64,000 bases of DNA from Lepidodermella squamata (GCA_047495785.1 JBLDXI010000017.1:2976001-3040000); one strand, 5' to 3'. Positions 23,880-39,208 are shown, counted from the first letter of the stretch. Translations and numbers: made by a program. The notes: generated from the sequence alone by a model not told the origin.

Positions 23880-26307
23880 TCAATCTGCTGTACTACCTCA
23901 CTGTAATACTTCAACTCTTCCCGGGTATTAGGAGTATTATTGACTGAGCAAATACCTGAAAAGAAAGGAAAAGAAGCTAAAGAAGGTTACTAATTGTACA
24001 TGATTTTATTGTTTCCTCGTTTGCCCGCAAGCGTGATATGTCAGCAGCGTTACATATGATGACGAGTACGGAAATACGCGGGTGCGACGACGTTTGGATA
24101 CCTGAGATGATGATAGTCATGATGCCGCGCGAGCAGACAACGGATTCAGCATGGTAGCTGAATAATAACTCATTAATTGCGATCATTATTTGCTAGTTAT
24201 CACCAAATATTTACCTGCTTGCTGGCATTACCTGTATGTTATTATGGCTATTAGGTGGCCGTTTCGCTGGCCCACCAAGTTGCCTGGAAACCTTACCTAT
24301 ATACTACAACTACCATGTTGTATTTATTACCTACAGCGCGGCGCGGGCTCAATGCGCGGAACAAGTGTTCAGCTTTGTGTCAATGCTGATCGCACAATGG
24401 TAGTGCTGCCAGCGGACGAGATTAGCCAAAATAAAACATCCACTCGACAAAGCCAGGCTGCTGTAACGTAAGTATATAAACTGGCTCCTGTTTCGCATCG
24501 CATCGCCGATTGGATATAACCGCGGCGGCGGCTTCGAAGGCGACTGCTTGACGACTTGCTGCTCCTTGCGCTGTGTCAATACTTATTGCAGGCTTAATTC
24601 CTATACACTACGATGTATTAAATTAATTACCCGCTCTCGTCGTACTAGTGCTGTAGCCAGCGCGTTTTGGCGCCGCCGCTAGACTGTGATGCAAATAATA
24701 ATAACTAATTATTATTATTAATCCCGCCGTTTTTCTATTTGCATGTTTTATTATTTGTGTAACGAGCGCGTCGTCGATTGTGTGAAAATGAATACTCATC
24801 GGGCAAATACACCTTTAACTCATCATCCAGCAGCGGGCGAATTAATATTACCATCATTCCTTTTGCAATGCTCGGCGGCTTCTGTGTAGCTGCTTTAAAG
24901 TCATCTCGCGCTGACAAAGGCGCGTCCTGTTTGCCGATGCGCTTAAAGGCGCTGCGTGCTTCACGGCGGGTCGCGCGCGTTTTCTTGCGCCCGAGCCCGC
25001 CGCGCCGCTGCGCCAGAGTAACGAACGGCAATTTTTGTATCCTCAACCGAAACACAACACCACCGTTCTTGGGTGAAAGTAAACCCGTACAATGCACGTA
25101 GTCAAGGGTAAAAAACGCGATCCCATTTTTTGCGCGTATATATGCACGCTCATCATCTCGTTATTCGCAACCTGTGCGCTATAAGTATGCGCGAAGTTTA
25201 ACGCGCGCATTTGGCGCGAATCGAATATCCTTTTAGGGCATCAATGAAAATAAACAAAAATAGAACAATAAATTGGTAATGATAACAACAAATTGATAAT
25301 CGCCGGCGGAAATGACGCAGCCCGGGTATAATCGCAGCTTATCGTTTATTATTTATTGACTAGGCGAATCATCGATATATCGAACATCGTATCAGTTTAT
25401 TCGCACAACGATAATATTATGTGAGAGAATTAAATGTCGGTGTTTAATAACATATATCGCGAGTGGAAACCTTGCTCGGAAACCTCCTAATAGCTATATC
25501 ATCGCCGCCTGTGAGCGCGTTTATTGGCAACAGGTTCACGGGCCCAGCGGCGCAACGAATACACTCGGCAGCTGATGATGCTGATGGCTTAATATAACTC
25601 TCTGAAAACTACACTACTCATCCTGATGCAGTCATCATTCGGCAACGCGGGCGTGTAAATTTGTTAGATCGGTTTACGGTAAATATTATTGCACAAATTA
25701 TTTGTTATTAATCTTCGATGTTCATCACGACGCGCGTTGCCGTGCGCAATTTTATACACTTTTTGCCCGATGGGTGGTTGGCCTCTTGCGCGAGCGCAAA
25801 TAGCGAAGCGCAACTCTGCTGCTGAACATGATGCACTGGCGCAAAATTTACCCGCGTGTTATCTTAATCGTCGGCATGTCTCAGGTGAATTGCGCGTGCG
25901 TTGCTATTGCGATTGATATTTATACGCCCCGGATGATGAGTCGGCTTCCCCAAGGGAACTTAACGCCAAAATCGCGCAAGCGTAACAACCATTGCTATTA
26001 TTGTTATCACTTTCGGCGATCGCCATGTGTTCACCTTGTTAACACCTTGTAGTAATTATTACCCTAATTCCGAATTGTATCTCACACTTGCGTGTGTAGA
26101 GCAACAAATCAACCGTATCGTTAGCGCGCAGTAATTCAAAGAAGATACCAAAGAGTCAAAAGTTCAATTTTATTAATAACGATATTGATACTTGAATTAT
26201 ATAAAAACAATAATTAATATAAGCATTATTCCAGTTTAAACAAGAGAAACAATTATTGGTGTTATAAATACAATATTCCAGTTAAATTTTGATTTAAATC
26301 GAAAGCA

Positions 26308-28185
26308 TCACGCTCCGCTACCGTTATGGCCCTGCTGATGGGCCAATAGAGCGTGACTAAAGCGGTCGAGAAGAGATTGCTGGTAAATTGCCCCGGCCCA
26401 TGGGTGCAACATGGCCGGGTTAGGCGATGCTTGGTGCTGGAGAACTGGTGTCGAGCCTGGATGTTGGCCTGAAGTCAGCAAATTTTGATAAGCCGCCGCG
26501 AGAATATTGCTCAGTTGAGCAGGTCCAGCGGCCTGCATAGCCGCAAGTTGCTGCTGTTGCTGCAGCTTGGCAGCGACCAGCGACGAAAGCTCGGCTGAAT
26601 TCGCTGCTGCGACATTAGCTTGAAGCCGTTGTTGCTGCTGTTGCATGAATGCTGCTTCATTGCTACCGGCCGGTGACATCTGCTGGTTGGCCTGAAGACG
26701 GGCTAATAGATTACTTGCCGCGTCCTTCAGTAGGGCTGAGGCCATGTTGTTAGATGAGGACTGGTTGGCGTGATCGCCATGATGCTGCTCATCAATGTTG
26801 TTCGAAACAGTGAGGGCGAGAGGTTCACGATTTCCAACGCCATTGCTGTTTTCGCCAACATTTATCATTGGCTATACGAAGAAATCATAGTCAGTAAAGT
26901 ATTCCATGAGAGATTCAACTGAAATATTTACCGAAATTTGAGAGCCGTTGTTATTTGGCCGATTGTTTTGATTTCGGAATGTGAGCTTGTGTTTGGTACC
27001 GGGCTTGCTGTTCATCGTGGCCGCGTTGATCGAAGCCCCAATCGGTGTTTTGTTGGCCGCCGCCGCTGCCATGATTCCTAACAGGCCACCATCGCTTTGA
27101 TCGGACATTGCCGACATGGTTGCCGCGTGATCGCGAAGTAGTAACAAGTGCTCAATTGTTCGAACAACATCGTGGTTACAACCGTTCAGCGCTATTTCTA
27201 GAACTTGACGCTTCTGCGCCGGGAACAGCTTCTCCAATATTTCAAGATTGGTCAAACGCTTCGACTCCCTGTGAAGTTCGAAACCAATTAGGAAAATTAG
27301 TTGGAAATAAAGTGGTTAAAATTACTTCATGATTTCGTTGCCTTGTTCCATTGAAGACGATTTGTTAATCCTTTGCTTTTTCGCAGAGTGGCTGTGGGAT
27401 GATTTTCGGTCGACCTGATCCTCACCCTTCGACCCGCCGCTTTCGTTCAACCCCTCGCCGCTGTCTTCAGCATCTTCGGAAACGCCTCCTTAAAAACAGA
27501 AAGTTATATACGAAATATTCGGAAATTCAGGCTGCTTACTTGACGGGCGTGGTTCATCCTCGTCGTCGGTGGCTAAGTCGTGATTGGAATCGCCGCCATC
27601 GATGCTTTCGTTGGCGCCTTCATCGTCATCGTCAACATCGCTCAAGTCGCCCTCGTGCTTGCTCTTTTTGCCGCTGTGCTTACTCATCGATGACGCGCCT
27701 CGTTTTCCACTGCTGCCGCTCGTATTCGCCGGCTGATCGCTGCCGTCGGTGATCGTCGGCGCCGTAACGGTACCAGGGCCCCATAGCGGTCCAGCGGTGA
27801 TGACCGGCAGCTGCGGGTTCGTCGACAGGCACGCCCGAATCGATACAGCAATCGCATCTTCAGTAGCTTGTTGCCGTTTTAGCGCCACCTGAGCAGCCAT
27901 CACCCGTTGCCGTTCAGCAATCAGGTTGCACTTGGCGCAAACGCAGTCCTTGAACTTGCAGTGGCGCTTGTGACCCTTCAACCAGCTAACCATGCCGTGG
28001 TTGCGGCAACGGGCGCACTTCGGCTTTCGGGCGCCCTTCTCCGTCAACGGGTACAAAATCGTCGAAGTCGTGCCGGCCGATGTCGCGCCCAGCCCGGCCG
28101 AACCAGGCGGCAGGCCCATCGCAGTCATATCATCGTCGCCGTCGTAGGACGAAGCGCAATCGCTGTCGTTGCTGCTTAGATTCAT
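26308..28185 (-). CDS. dmrt93B: Doublesex/mab-3-related transcription factor with DM and DMA domains (Dmrt93B-type), 4 exons
   Basis: [58 protein letters not shown]; DMA domain [35 protein letters not shown]. Introns 27489-27539, 27269-27325, 26872-26931. Confidence 0.9.
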
Positions 28186-29730
28186 AATTAAACAGGTCGT
28201 TAAAAATGGCTATTAATTTGAAACGATAACAATATAAGCAATAATCGAGACGCTGATACTTTTACGAATAATAGGTAGCTATAACGAGATGAGCATCCGA
28301 CTCGCTCGCCTATTGGCTGTCTGGTTAATGCGATTACGTACTAAGATAAACAGGATGAGCCGTGCATCGCGCTCTGATTGGCCAGAGCTAAGCGCGCACA
28401 TTAAAATAACATAACATGTGCGTAGAAATAAAGACGCATTAATGTGTTAACGTATTTGGAGGGAAAGTTCGACATATGTGTTGCTACTTGTTTCGATTTA
28501 TGGCGTGTCGAAGAGCAGATATCCAGGGCTTTGCTCTTGATATTGTAATTATTTGAGGATGAATTAACCAGCTCAGGCAGACCCGCTGAGCCGGGCGGGT
28601 GTTCGACAAAACCGGGCAGCTCATTATTTTTCGACATGACGGCGGGTGGCGCGCGCTTGCGCTTTACGCCGCGCCACTTTTGCCGACGATGACTTTATTC
28701 ACTTTATTCATTTTCGAGTGGCAACGTAGCAGCTGCGGGCCGCGAGAACAGGTTATTTGTAACCGGTTGTTTGTTGACATGCTCGGCAAGTGTTTACCGA
28801 TGCATTTGCCGATTTCCCCCGAACGAGCGCAGAGTCGTGTCGCGACAAGCCCTCAACGCACCTATTACCGGGTTCGATTAAATACGATTTGGCCGTAATG
28901 TCATTTGATTATTATTCGTCGAGTGGCTAATCGCCGCCGTGCCACTGAAGGCACAACTGTTGACAGAGAGAGAGCTGGCACATCGGCAATAAGTCGCGGC
29001 TGGCGCCGATTTGTCGCGCAATCGAGCACCGCCGCCCGCCACATCTTCAAACGGAACCGCAGCTAAATTATACTGTTGTAATATCGTTAAATAATTGCTA
29101 TTACATTTCAAGTGGCCACACTGCTACAACGCTGGTACCCCGATTTGTTCCGGCGTCCGGTAGCTCAGGTAAAATAACATTGATGGGAAATACGAAACGC
29201 GATGAGAGGCGGCGGCGGCTTCTCATCATCCAAATATGAGGGGCCAGGTTTCAATTCAGTTAGTCACTTCCCAGGTACTTAATGCTCAATAGTTTCGATT
29301 AGTCCAAAAATGATAAATGGATTACCATCATTATCATCGAAACATTACCTGACGATGATAATATTTACTCAATTGAATTAACATAACCAAAATGATAATA
29401 ACGTCATCCAATTTTATTCTCTCGAAATATGTTCTTCAATTTTATAATTTCCATTGCCACAAAGCGGGTAACGATCAATTGTAAATATTGACAAAATTAC
29501 AGGAAACGCTTAATTTTACTGCATCGAATTGCAATTGAAAAACATGAGTTGATCCGCCTTAACCATGTATGCATTTTAGTTTGGACGATTTGAAAAGCTT
29601 AAAATTGAAAAAAATTCGATTTTTTTTCATTACTCCAGCATGAGCCCAGTAATCAAATCTATTTTATTACTCATGATTTGACCTGAAAATAAAAGACAAT
29701 TCTACTGATTAATAATTAATAATATTTCCG

Positions 29731-29770
29731 AACACTGTTGCAACAACTTGTGGCCCTGAAAAGGGCCGGT
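29731..29770 (-). promoter_or_regulatory. Histone 3' stem-loop and downstream element of H4
   Basis: Minus strand reads ACC GGCCCT TTTC AGGGCC ACAA GTTGTTGCAACAGTGTT. Confidence 0.95.
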
Positions 29771-29824
29771 TAGTTGGCTGATTGCTCGTACCGATGTTAG
29801 GGTACCTGAACTATGCTCCGGGTT

Positions 29825-30181
<357 letters not shown>

Positions 30182-30370
30182 CTAACAAATTTTCGAATGA
30201 CCTCGCCGGGGTATTTATTGCGCACTTTCCCGCCATATTGGCGCCATATTGACGCACACAATTGCTTTGCCACGCGCTCTCAACATGACACCTATAGAGC
30301 TTAAATACTGAGGCGAAATCACAATTTGATTGTCGGTTCAATTTACTAAATTTCACTTTTCCTCTCGTGA

Positions 30371-30796
<426 letters not shown>

Positions 30797-30860
30797 GCAG
30801 TCATCAGTCGTCTTGCGCTATGAATAAAATCGCCTAAAACGTCATCATTTAGGCGTACCG

Positions 30861-30900
30861 ACCGGCCCTTTTCAGGGCCACAAGTTGTTGCAACAGTGTT
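30861..30900 (+). promoter_or_regulatory. Histone 3' stem-loop and downstream element of H3
   Basis: ACC GGCCCT TTTC AGGGCC ACAA GTTGTTGCAACAGTGTT. Confidence 0.95.
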
Positions 30901-30941
30901 TAATATCAAATGAAATAATAAAATCCATTTTTATTCGAAAT

Positions 30942-33076
30942 TTATCTGCATTGAAAAATCCATCGGGATGTTGACAGGCCTCCCGTCCATCGCCCATCCA
31001 TGTCTGGCACAATCCGCCTCGACCGTGCTGTCGTAGATTTTGGCGTTGGATTTAGCGCGTCGTCATAATCCCGACTAGCCTGCGCCGGGTCTACGCCAGG
31101 CGGCAGCCACGACCAGAAAGTTCCATTCGCATGGAAGAAATAATTCTTCCCACCACTAGTCAACGCTGCTGTTAACTGCGGCGGTTTAACGGGTAGTTTC
31201 CGCAACACCGGATGTTCGTCCAGTTGACGAGCTGTACTATTGACTCGCTGGCCAGGCGACCATGTCCAGTACTGAGTAGCCGTCACAAAATATATGAGAT
31301 TGTCGCTAGCTAGCTGGAAAACTAGCGGATTCGTGACATCGATGCCCCGGAAAACGTCGACGGACCTTTTCGGATTGCCGCGCATCGGAAGAATTACCAA
31401 TTCGTCCACTGCATACGACACGCCATTGCTCTCATCCAGATCATCATCGTCCACAAAATCGGCGCCGATATAAACATAATATACCCACACAAGATTTCTC
31501 TAAACAGCGAATAAATTGTTGAAATTCATCTCAGAATTATTGTTTTACCTGGAAAATATACAATTGAACTTTGTTCGGATCACTCTCTATCGGTACGGTG
31601 AGCAGCGATGACACGCTTGAGTTGGCGAACAGCTGAAACCCGGGGAAGGTTGAAGCAAGCGATCGTGGCTTGAAACTGCCATCCATATTCAACCGATAGA
31701 GGAAATTTTCGACCACGAAAAACGCAGTATTTGTTGTGTCGAAAAAGCTCGTGATCGCTTGGATGGGGCGCTTTGAAATGAACCCGCAACTACGTCGGTC
31801 TGTGTCAGGTAGCGCGGTAGTTGTTGTTGTCGTCGTCGGCAGTGTTGTAGCCGCCCGAACCCGGCGCGTAGTTGTCGCAGATGCGTCAGGTAAGATTATG
31901 ACGCGCTTCGCCTCGGCAGCCAAAATTTCTTCGTACAGCGCCTTGATACCGCGCTTGTCATCCTCCCCAAGAATGGCCGGCCGTGAAAGCGAAAATGCCG
32001 GAAAATATGGGTACATCACGGCCCTATAAACACATAATTCAATATAATTGATTAAAAAAAGAACCTGCCCAACTTACTCATTGCTAGCAGAATGTTCCAG
32101 ACCAAGACTGTGTCCAAATTCGTGAAGAGCGACATGAATAAAAGACGCTGCCCCTCGATCAGGCCGATCACGCCAATTTTCCTCAGCATCAAAATGAATT
32201 TCCCCTCGAAGATTCGAGTTTGGGAAAAATGTATGGCCTAGAACTCCACCGGGGCCATCAAAAGGCTGCAAATATTCATATACTATAATTTTCTAAATTA
32301 ACTGCAGTATTTTACAAACCTGACCATCACCATGATCTCGCTTCTTCCACCGAATGTTCAACATCGCATCTTCATCGTCGCGCGCTGGGATGATGCGAAT
32401 TCCCGATGCATTCGCCCATTGGTCGAATAGGCTTTTGACAAGTTCAGGCAATCTGGCGCGCAATGTTTCAGGCACGAATTCTTGATCAATACGGTAGGTT
32501 ATAGTTGTTGAAGGCCAGCCCATCGTTAGCACGTAATTCGCCGAAGCCAACTGTCTATTATTTGCTTGTTTTGAAGTGTTGTTGGACGAAAGCGAGGTCA
32601 AAACATCAGCAATGACAGCGTCAGAGTTTCCACATCGTGACTTGCGAAGAAATTCCAGCGTACCTGCATCTAATTCACCCGTAGGCGGAAGGTTTGCCAT
32701 TTGCTGGAAAGTAGCGACAGCGTTTCTTATATCGTTTGCGTCCGGTATCCTCTCGAACACGTTCAGTTTACTAGGAATCGCTATGTAACCAGTCTCTGAC
32801 AGTCGTTCCTTCATATTACAAAGATAAGAATTGATGATTATGAATGGTGAAATTTTGACTTACAACAGGATCCACATCTTTAGGAGGAACGGAGGTTGCC
32901 TCATCGCCAGACTGGTAATCCCCACTTTGGACCAATGACCTCGAGCCAGGTCTTGTGGTTGTTCGCCATAGATTTGTTGTTGAACCGCTTACGAAAATAT
33001 TAGCAGACGAAAATAAGAGCAACAATGCTGTTATTTTGTAAAAGACTCCCATCTTTTTCAATAAGAGCTTTTCCAT
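30942..33076 (-). CDS. Matrix metalloproteinase (M10A) 1: prodomain, catalytic domain, Thr-rich hinge, divergent hemopexin domain
   Basis: [15 protein letters not shown] switch, [42 protein letters not shown]. Start at 33076 or 33052. Confidence 0.92.
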
Positions 33077-33391
33077 ACGTATCTGCTCAAAAAACAAAGT
33101 TTTCATTCAGAGTTTCGTGTCAAGGTGGCAGGTACGTTCGTGGTATTAGCCCGCTAATCATCCTCACACGTCATTTCATAACAGGAATAATCATCATACA
33201 ACAAAATTAGCAACTTTGTCCATTTATTAGCGTAAAAATGGCCTCCCAATCTATTTCAAACTCAGATCAGTGAAAAATACTGCGCTCAGGATTCACAACA
33301 AAGCAGCCTTAGCAATACATCAAAAGTCTTTATTAAGAAATTACTCTTTAATGGTGCCTGATCACATATTTTATCATAAATTCATATGAAG

Positions 33392-35419
33392 CTATGGAGA
33401 TTTTTCATCCTCACATCCGTACCACCAATCGGCGATTGACACTGGGCCAGACCAATTGCCCGCCGCTGAATTATCGCCGGCACTTGTCGTCAGTGGCGCT
33501 CGAGAGGTAGTCGCCGACATGCCAGCCAAGCTATTCACGCCATTTCTCGATGGTCTAACGCTAGCACTTGGCGTCCAAACCCAATAGTTGCCATCATTAA
33601 CGAAGAAATAAGTTCGTCCCTCATATTGCATTGCCGCGAGAAGGTTAGGAATCCGAACTGGTAGAGATCTAAACACAGGATGCTCGCTCAACAACTTCAG
33701 CGTGCTATTGCCAAGTTGAAAGGCATTGTGGGACCAAAATTTGTTGGCGTCATTGCGCGGGAAAAAGTACGTATTTTCATCCCCGGGAAGTTGAAAGACG
33801 ACCGGGCCGCCAGCGTTGACGCACTGATCTTGCGAACATACCCCGCGAAAGCCATCACTAATCTTCTTCGGGTAGCTTGGCAAAAGCGCAAATTCGAAAT
33901 CATCCAGCGTGGAATTCGATTTTCGAGCCTCGTAACGCCAGTAAATATCATTTTGAAAGACGAACACCTGCGGGCCGATCAATTTCGATTGCGTAGCCAT
34001 TGTGAACATGGAGATAGTTGTCCCAGTTGGGCCATTTGGGAAAACCTCTGAAATTTGCTTCGGGTAACCATCAGATACACCGCCATTATCGTTGAGCTTA
34101 TAAATTCGCCCATCGATCAAGGCAAAGGTTGAGTGGGGATTGAAAAGGTTCGTAGCCGCTCGGATTACTTTGCGTCTCTCAAAGGGGCACAATGCCCAGC
34201 TGGTAGGTGTAGTCAATCTCGTTGTAGTATTCAAAGAGTTGACTGGCGACGTCGTAGTAGGAGTAGGTGTTGTAGTCGTAGATCCAGGTCGCGTTCGAGT
34301 TGTTCGGATGACATCTGCTTCAGTGGTTTTTGTCGTAGTATTAGTCGTAGTATTAGCCCTGGTTATAAAGTTCGGCCGACCATAAAGTTCCTGAACGCCT
34401 TGGATGTCATCCTGGGTTAAAACGGCTTCTCTTGTCGCAGTCATTGTCGTGAAAAATGGGTACATCACAGCTCCTAAAATTCATTTATCAAAGCGCTATG
34501 GGACCTTATAGGAAGTATACCAGCGTCTGTTGAGTGATCAAGGCCAATTCCGTGCCCGAATTCATGCAGCGCGACATGAGGTAAGGATATCTCTAAAAAC
34601 GTTGAACGTTAAAAATTCGATTTATAGTGAAATCGGCATCTCACTTCCGTACTCTCCAGCCAATCCCCAAGTGTTATCGTCATTGAAATGGGTGTCCCCT
34701 GGCAAGCCATATCCATCAGCTATCCTTTCAGGCGGGAAAAATGTATGCGCCAAAACTCCGCCTAGGCCGCTGAATGGCTATATCAAACAATGAATTCAGT
34801 GGAACTATGTATTGAAGTTACTAACTTGGTCATCACCGTGATAACCCGACGCCCATTTCAGTTCGATCAAAGGTCGAGATTCAACCGGGGTGAAGACGAG
34901 CTTCGACGCCGCTGCCCACTGGCCGAAAAGTTCGCGGAATATTGCGTCAGCTTTATCTTTCGGAATATCCGATGAGTATCGTGTGACCTTGTACGTCAAA
35001 TTATTGACCGGCCAACGGGTTGGAAACAGCACGTAATTCGCTGAGTTTCGTGCCGAACTGGAAGCGGTAGAATTTCGAATATTAATATCGGATGACGCGC
35101 ATCGTGATCGTTTCATCGCTTGAACAGTTTCAGAATCTAATGTTCCAGACGATGGCAGTTTGACCAGGCTTTGAAATCTGGCAAATGCTGACTTGATTGC
35201 TACATCGCTATCTGAAATCGGTTGTCGTCTGCTGTCGAGCCACTTACGCGATAAATAGCCGTACTGGACTAGATAGTTCTGAAAAAATGGAATTTTTTAG
35301 GACGGAAATTTCGAGGAGCTTCATATATTAACCAATGCGAAATCGAGATCTTCATTTGGCTCAGCCGTGCCAAAACTTGAGATGGCAAGCAGTACAGAGA
35401 TGAGCAGTAGATAATCCAT
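33392..35419 (-). CDS. Matrix metalloproteinase (M10A) 2
   Basis: MDYLLLISVLLAISS signal, YL.QYGYL, SRCASSD, HFNDDNTW, HEFGHGIGLDHS, AVMYP, Thr-rich hinge, GYPK hemopexin motifs. Confidence 0.92.
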
Positions 35420-35778
35420 TGAACCTGGCAAAATAATAATTATCCTGTTTTACAGAACTTGAGAAACGATTTTTTTTTGCCAACTCTACGAGCTCGTTTT
35501 GTTATAACGTGTTGCGTAGGCTTGCGAGTTGGCTGGCAGGTGTACTTCATTGTCATAAGCCGATGAATAATTCAACATGGTTCTTATTTAAATCGAAAAC
35601 GTTCACATTTTATTCAAAAAATAATTTGCTTAAAAATTTTCGGAGAAACTCAATACGCATATAAGTATGCGAAACAACAAATAGAGGATAATTTCAAGGT
35701 ACATCTCAAACGATAAAAATAGAGGAATATTTCAGGCAAATTAACATCACAAAAAGTTCTATGACATCGACGTTGGAG

Positions 35779-38121
35779 CTAGCTGCAGTTGAACCACCAT
35801 TCTGTAATTGATAACGCGACGCTCCACCGACCAGGGTCTGTTGAAGTATTGCTGGCATCGCCGCTATTTCGACTGCGAAGATCTCGGCTAACCGAGTCAA
35901 CGGATGCTTCCGGGCTGTTGCTGCGCGAAGGCGACCACACCCAATAACTGCCGTTAGACGCGAAAAAGTAGTTGCGGCCGTTGTAGAGCATTGCCGCTTG
36001 GAGCAGCGGCGGCCGGGCCGGTAGCTTGCGAAGAACCGGGTGCTCTGACAGCGGCGCCTGGGTGCTGTTGCCGGACTGTAGTGGCGAAAACGTCCAGTAA
36101 CGGTCGCCGGAAACAAAGTAAATGAGCTCATCGCTGACCAGTTGAAATATGACAGCACCGGGAGCGTTAATGCCCTTGAAGCCTGAGAGTATCTACAAAT
36201 TTAATTGAAATGAAAATTCATTCATCGCGAAATTTCTAAATTTTCTAACCCTTTTAGGATAGCCGTTGTTGAGGATAAACTGTAGCCGGAAAGTTCCATC
36301 TCTGAGATTGCGGCTTGCAGATCTAGCAGCAACATTCTGCCGCAAAAATTCGCAATTAAATTAATTTTCGAGCTTTTCTAAATTGTTAAAATTACCTGTT
36401 GACCAAGTAAAAACTGTTGGACTAGCAGTTGGAGTAATGAAGGGCCTTGCAGAAGCTTTAAATCAGCTTCATCGAGACTAGCAGCTGATTTTCGAATTTC
36501 GTATCGCCAATAGTCGTCTCCCTAGAAAAAAAACATTGCAAATTCAATAAATTTTGCAACCCCGCAAAATTACCGAGAACAGGTAGATGTATCGGCGATC
36601 GAACGAAGTTCCACTGTGAACGTACGTAACTAGAGCTGAGATCTGTGTAAGCGGGGCGTTGGGGAAGACACTCGAAACACCTTTAGGGTAGCCGGGATAA
36701 ATGCCGCCTTCATCGTTTATACGAAAAACATCCTGGCCTATGATTGCAAAAGTAGAATCAGGCTGGTCAGCACCTTGCGTTATAGCGTTAATGCCAGCTC
36801 CGGGCTTGAATGCGCAGGACATTGGCGTTGCTGGCCGTGGCCACGCTGTCGACGTTGGCGGCAACACCGAGGCTTCTTCGGTTGTAGTAGTTTTGGGCGG
36901 CAGAACCTCAACTCGCCTGTCATTTATCTCGGGAGGCGGCAAGGCGGGCTCGTTGGGCAAAACAGGCGGCTGTTGGCCGGGTAAAGGTTCGCCGTAAAGC
37001 GCTTGAATACCGTCAATGTCATCTTGAGTCAACTTCGCAGCTCTGCTCATTGCAGACTGGGTGAAAAATGGGTACATGACCGCATTCCGATCAGTTGTAT
37101 GATCAAGCCCGATTGCATGGCCAGTTTCATGCAGTGAGACATGAGCGAGAGAAATTCCTAGAATTATGTTAAGGAGGAATATTATAACCATGAATCACTC
37201 ACTTCCTGGCGAAGGCCGAACGTTCCAGCTGTCATCATCGTCAAAGTGCACATCACCTGGCAATCCATAACCTAGCGATATTCGTCTGGGTGGGAAAAAA
37301 GAGTGAGCGAGAATTCCTCCAGGGCCATCAAATGACTAAGAAAAATCATAATTGATGCCTATAATGGTAAATATACTAATAATTATTACCTCTCCATCAC
37401 CGTGATCAGTTGTCGCCCATTTAATTTCCATTAGTGGCTGTTTGGTAACTTTGAGGAACTGCAGCCGGCTAACCGCGGCCCATTTGCTCAGTGTCTCATT
37501 GATCGCGGCGTCAATGGCATCCCGATCGATATCAGCTGTATACTTAGTAATCGTGTAAGTCAAATTCGTTGTAGACCATTTCGTGCCGAACAGCACGTAG
37601 TTCGCCATAGGATACAGCGAACTGGCAGCGCGTTGCACCGCTTCGGCAATCGCCGTAGCATTTCGAGAATTGGCATCGGTGACGCCGCATCGAGGCCAGT
37701 TCATAGCCTCCAGGGTTTCGTTGTCCAACGTGCCCGATTGGTTTATGTTCGCCATACGTTGGAACGACAAAATAGCCGCCTTCACAGGGTCAACGCTATT
37801 GCGCGTACTTCCCGCAGATCGCGCAACAGCCGCTTGAGAATATTTACTTCCGGTTCGATTTAACCATTTTGCCGATAGATAACCGAAACGAATCAAGTAA
37901 TTCTAATAAAAAATGCTTTCGTTATATTATTATAGGCGGTACGGAATGTTTGGACAACAAACCATGCCGGCGTTAGTGTCCACAATTTTGCTCGATGAAT
38001 TACTGCTGTTTTGCGCATCTTGACTGTTCGTCTCATTGCTGGTAGTTGCCAAAGTTGTCGTTATTATCGTTGCGATAACAGTCGTGGTGAAAACGATGAA
38101 CAGGCGCCAGCGCAATGTCAT
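35779..38121 (-). CDS. Matrix metalloproteinase (M10A) 3
   Basis: [11 protein letters not shown] signal, [40 protein letters not shown], Pro-rich hinge; ends WFNCS*. Confidence 0.92.
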
Positions 38122-39208
38122 AGCTCGCGCAATCAATTTAACGGGCTGTAAAAATCTGGCTCGTTATTTTCGCTCTATACACACTGCTATCTGGCCGCGG
38201 CGCCTATTCGTATATAGCTTGTATAACACCTATGAGAGGTGGCTAAAAACGTGACATCAAGATCGTGTGATGTACAGAGCCGAGTCGAAATGACAACAAA
38301 TTAAGGTGTATAGCAGTTTCCGCTATGCTCCTTATCTATTATATATCTACGATCAAAAAAGACGCGAAAAACAACAGGTCACGTTTTCTGGAATAACGAC
38401 CCAGCAAAACACGTAATTTAGTTGGCATTGTGAAAGGCTGCTGCTGCAGCTGCCCAAGGAAGGCAGGAGGTAACTAACGATGCGATTGCAGGATGTGTTT
38501 GCGAGATGGGTATAATGACGGTGGTTGAGTGGGCGCCAACGTGCCGAGTAATTGATGGCTAATATACAGCACTTGGTACTGCGAGCTCCCCAGCCAAAAA
38601 AACACTGTGTGCTCAACGCAAATAAATTTGCGATTGCGCAAGTTGATGAGTCGAGGTAAATGTCACCAAACGTAATAACAATAATAATATGAATTGATGC
38701 CGTCAGGCGGCGGCACAATCACTATCATATGTTCTCCGCTACGCTCTGCATTCGGCACGACTCCGTGACGAAAGAAGTATAGTGGACTGAAAAATAACAA
38801 ATAATCGCGCACACACTTGGTTACAAAACCAACCGGTTGTTCTCGGTACACCTTTTGTCCAGAAGTCCGATTTCACGGTGGGCATTACAGTCAAAATATT
38901 TGTTAAATAACATTCCGCGGTAGTGAAATATAGGTAAACCGCGTTATTGAGCTCATTTCCGCACATTATATCAAAAACGCAATTTCAAGTGCGGGAAAAA
39001 ACGCCACGTTTGTTAGCGTAAATAGCTTAAATTACTCATTTTGTTTTATATACCGAAAAAACACGTAGCCCCCCACGTGGATGCAAGAGTGACATTCGGC
39101 TGAGTTTCATTTTTTAATAATGTACCAGAAAATGCACTGATACCGGTGCTTTCACTATTTATTCGAAAATCGAGGCAACAAAAATCAATGGGTAAATCGT
39201 AGAAAGAT

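Noticed and set aside
24735-25101. Overlapping 107-aa and 120-aa ORFs
   Set aside because: No recognisable domain or convincing splice structure; expected by chance in GC-rich sequence.
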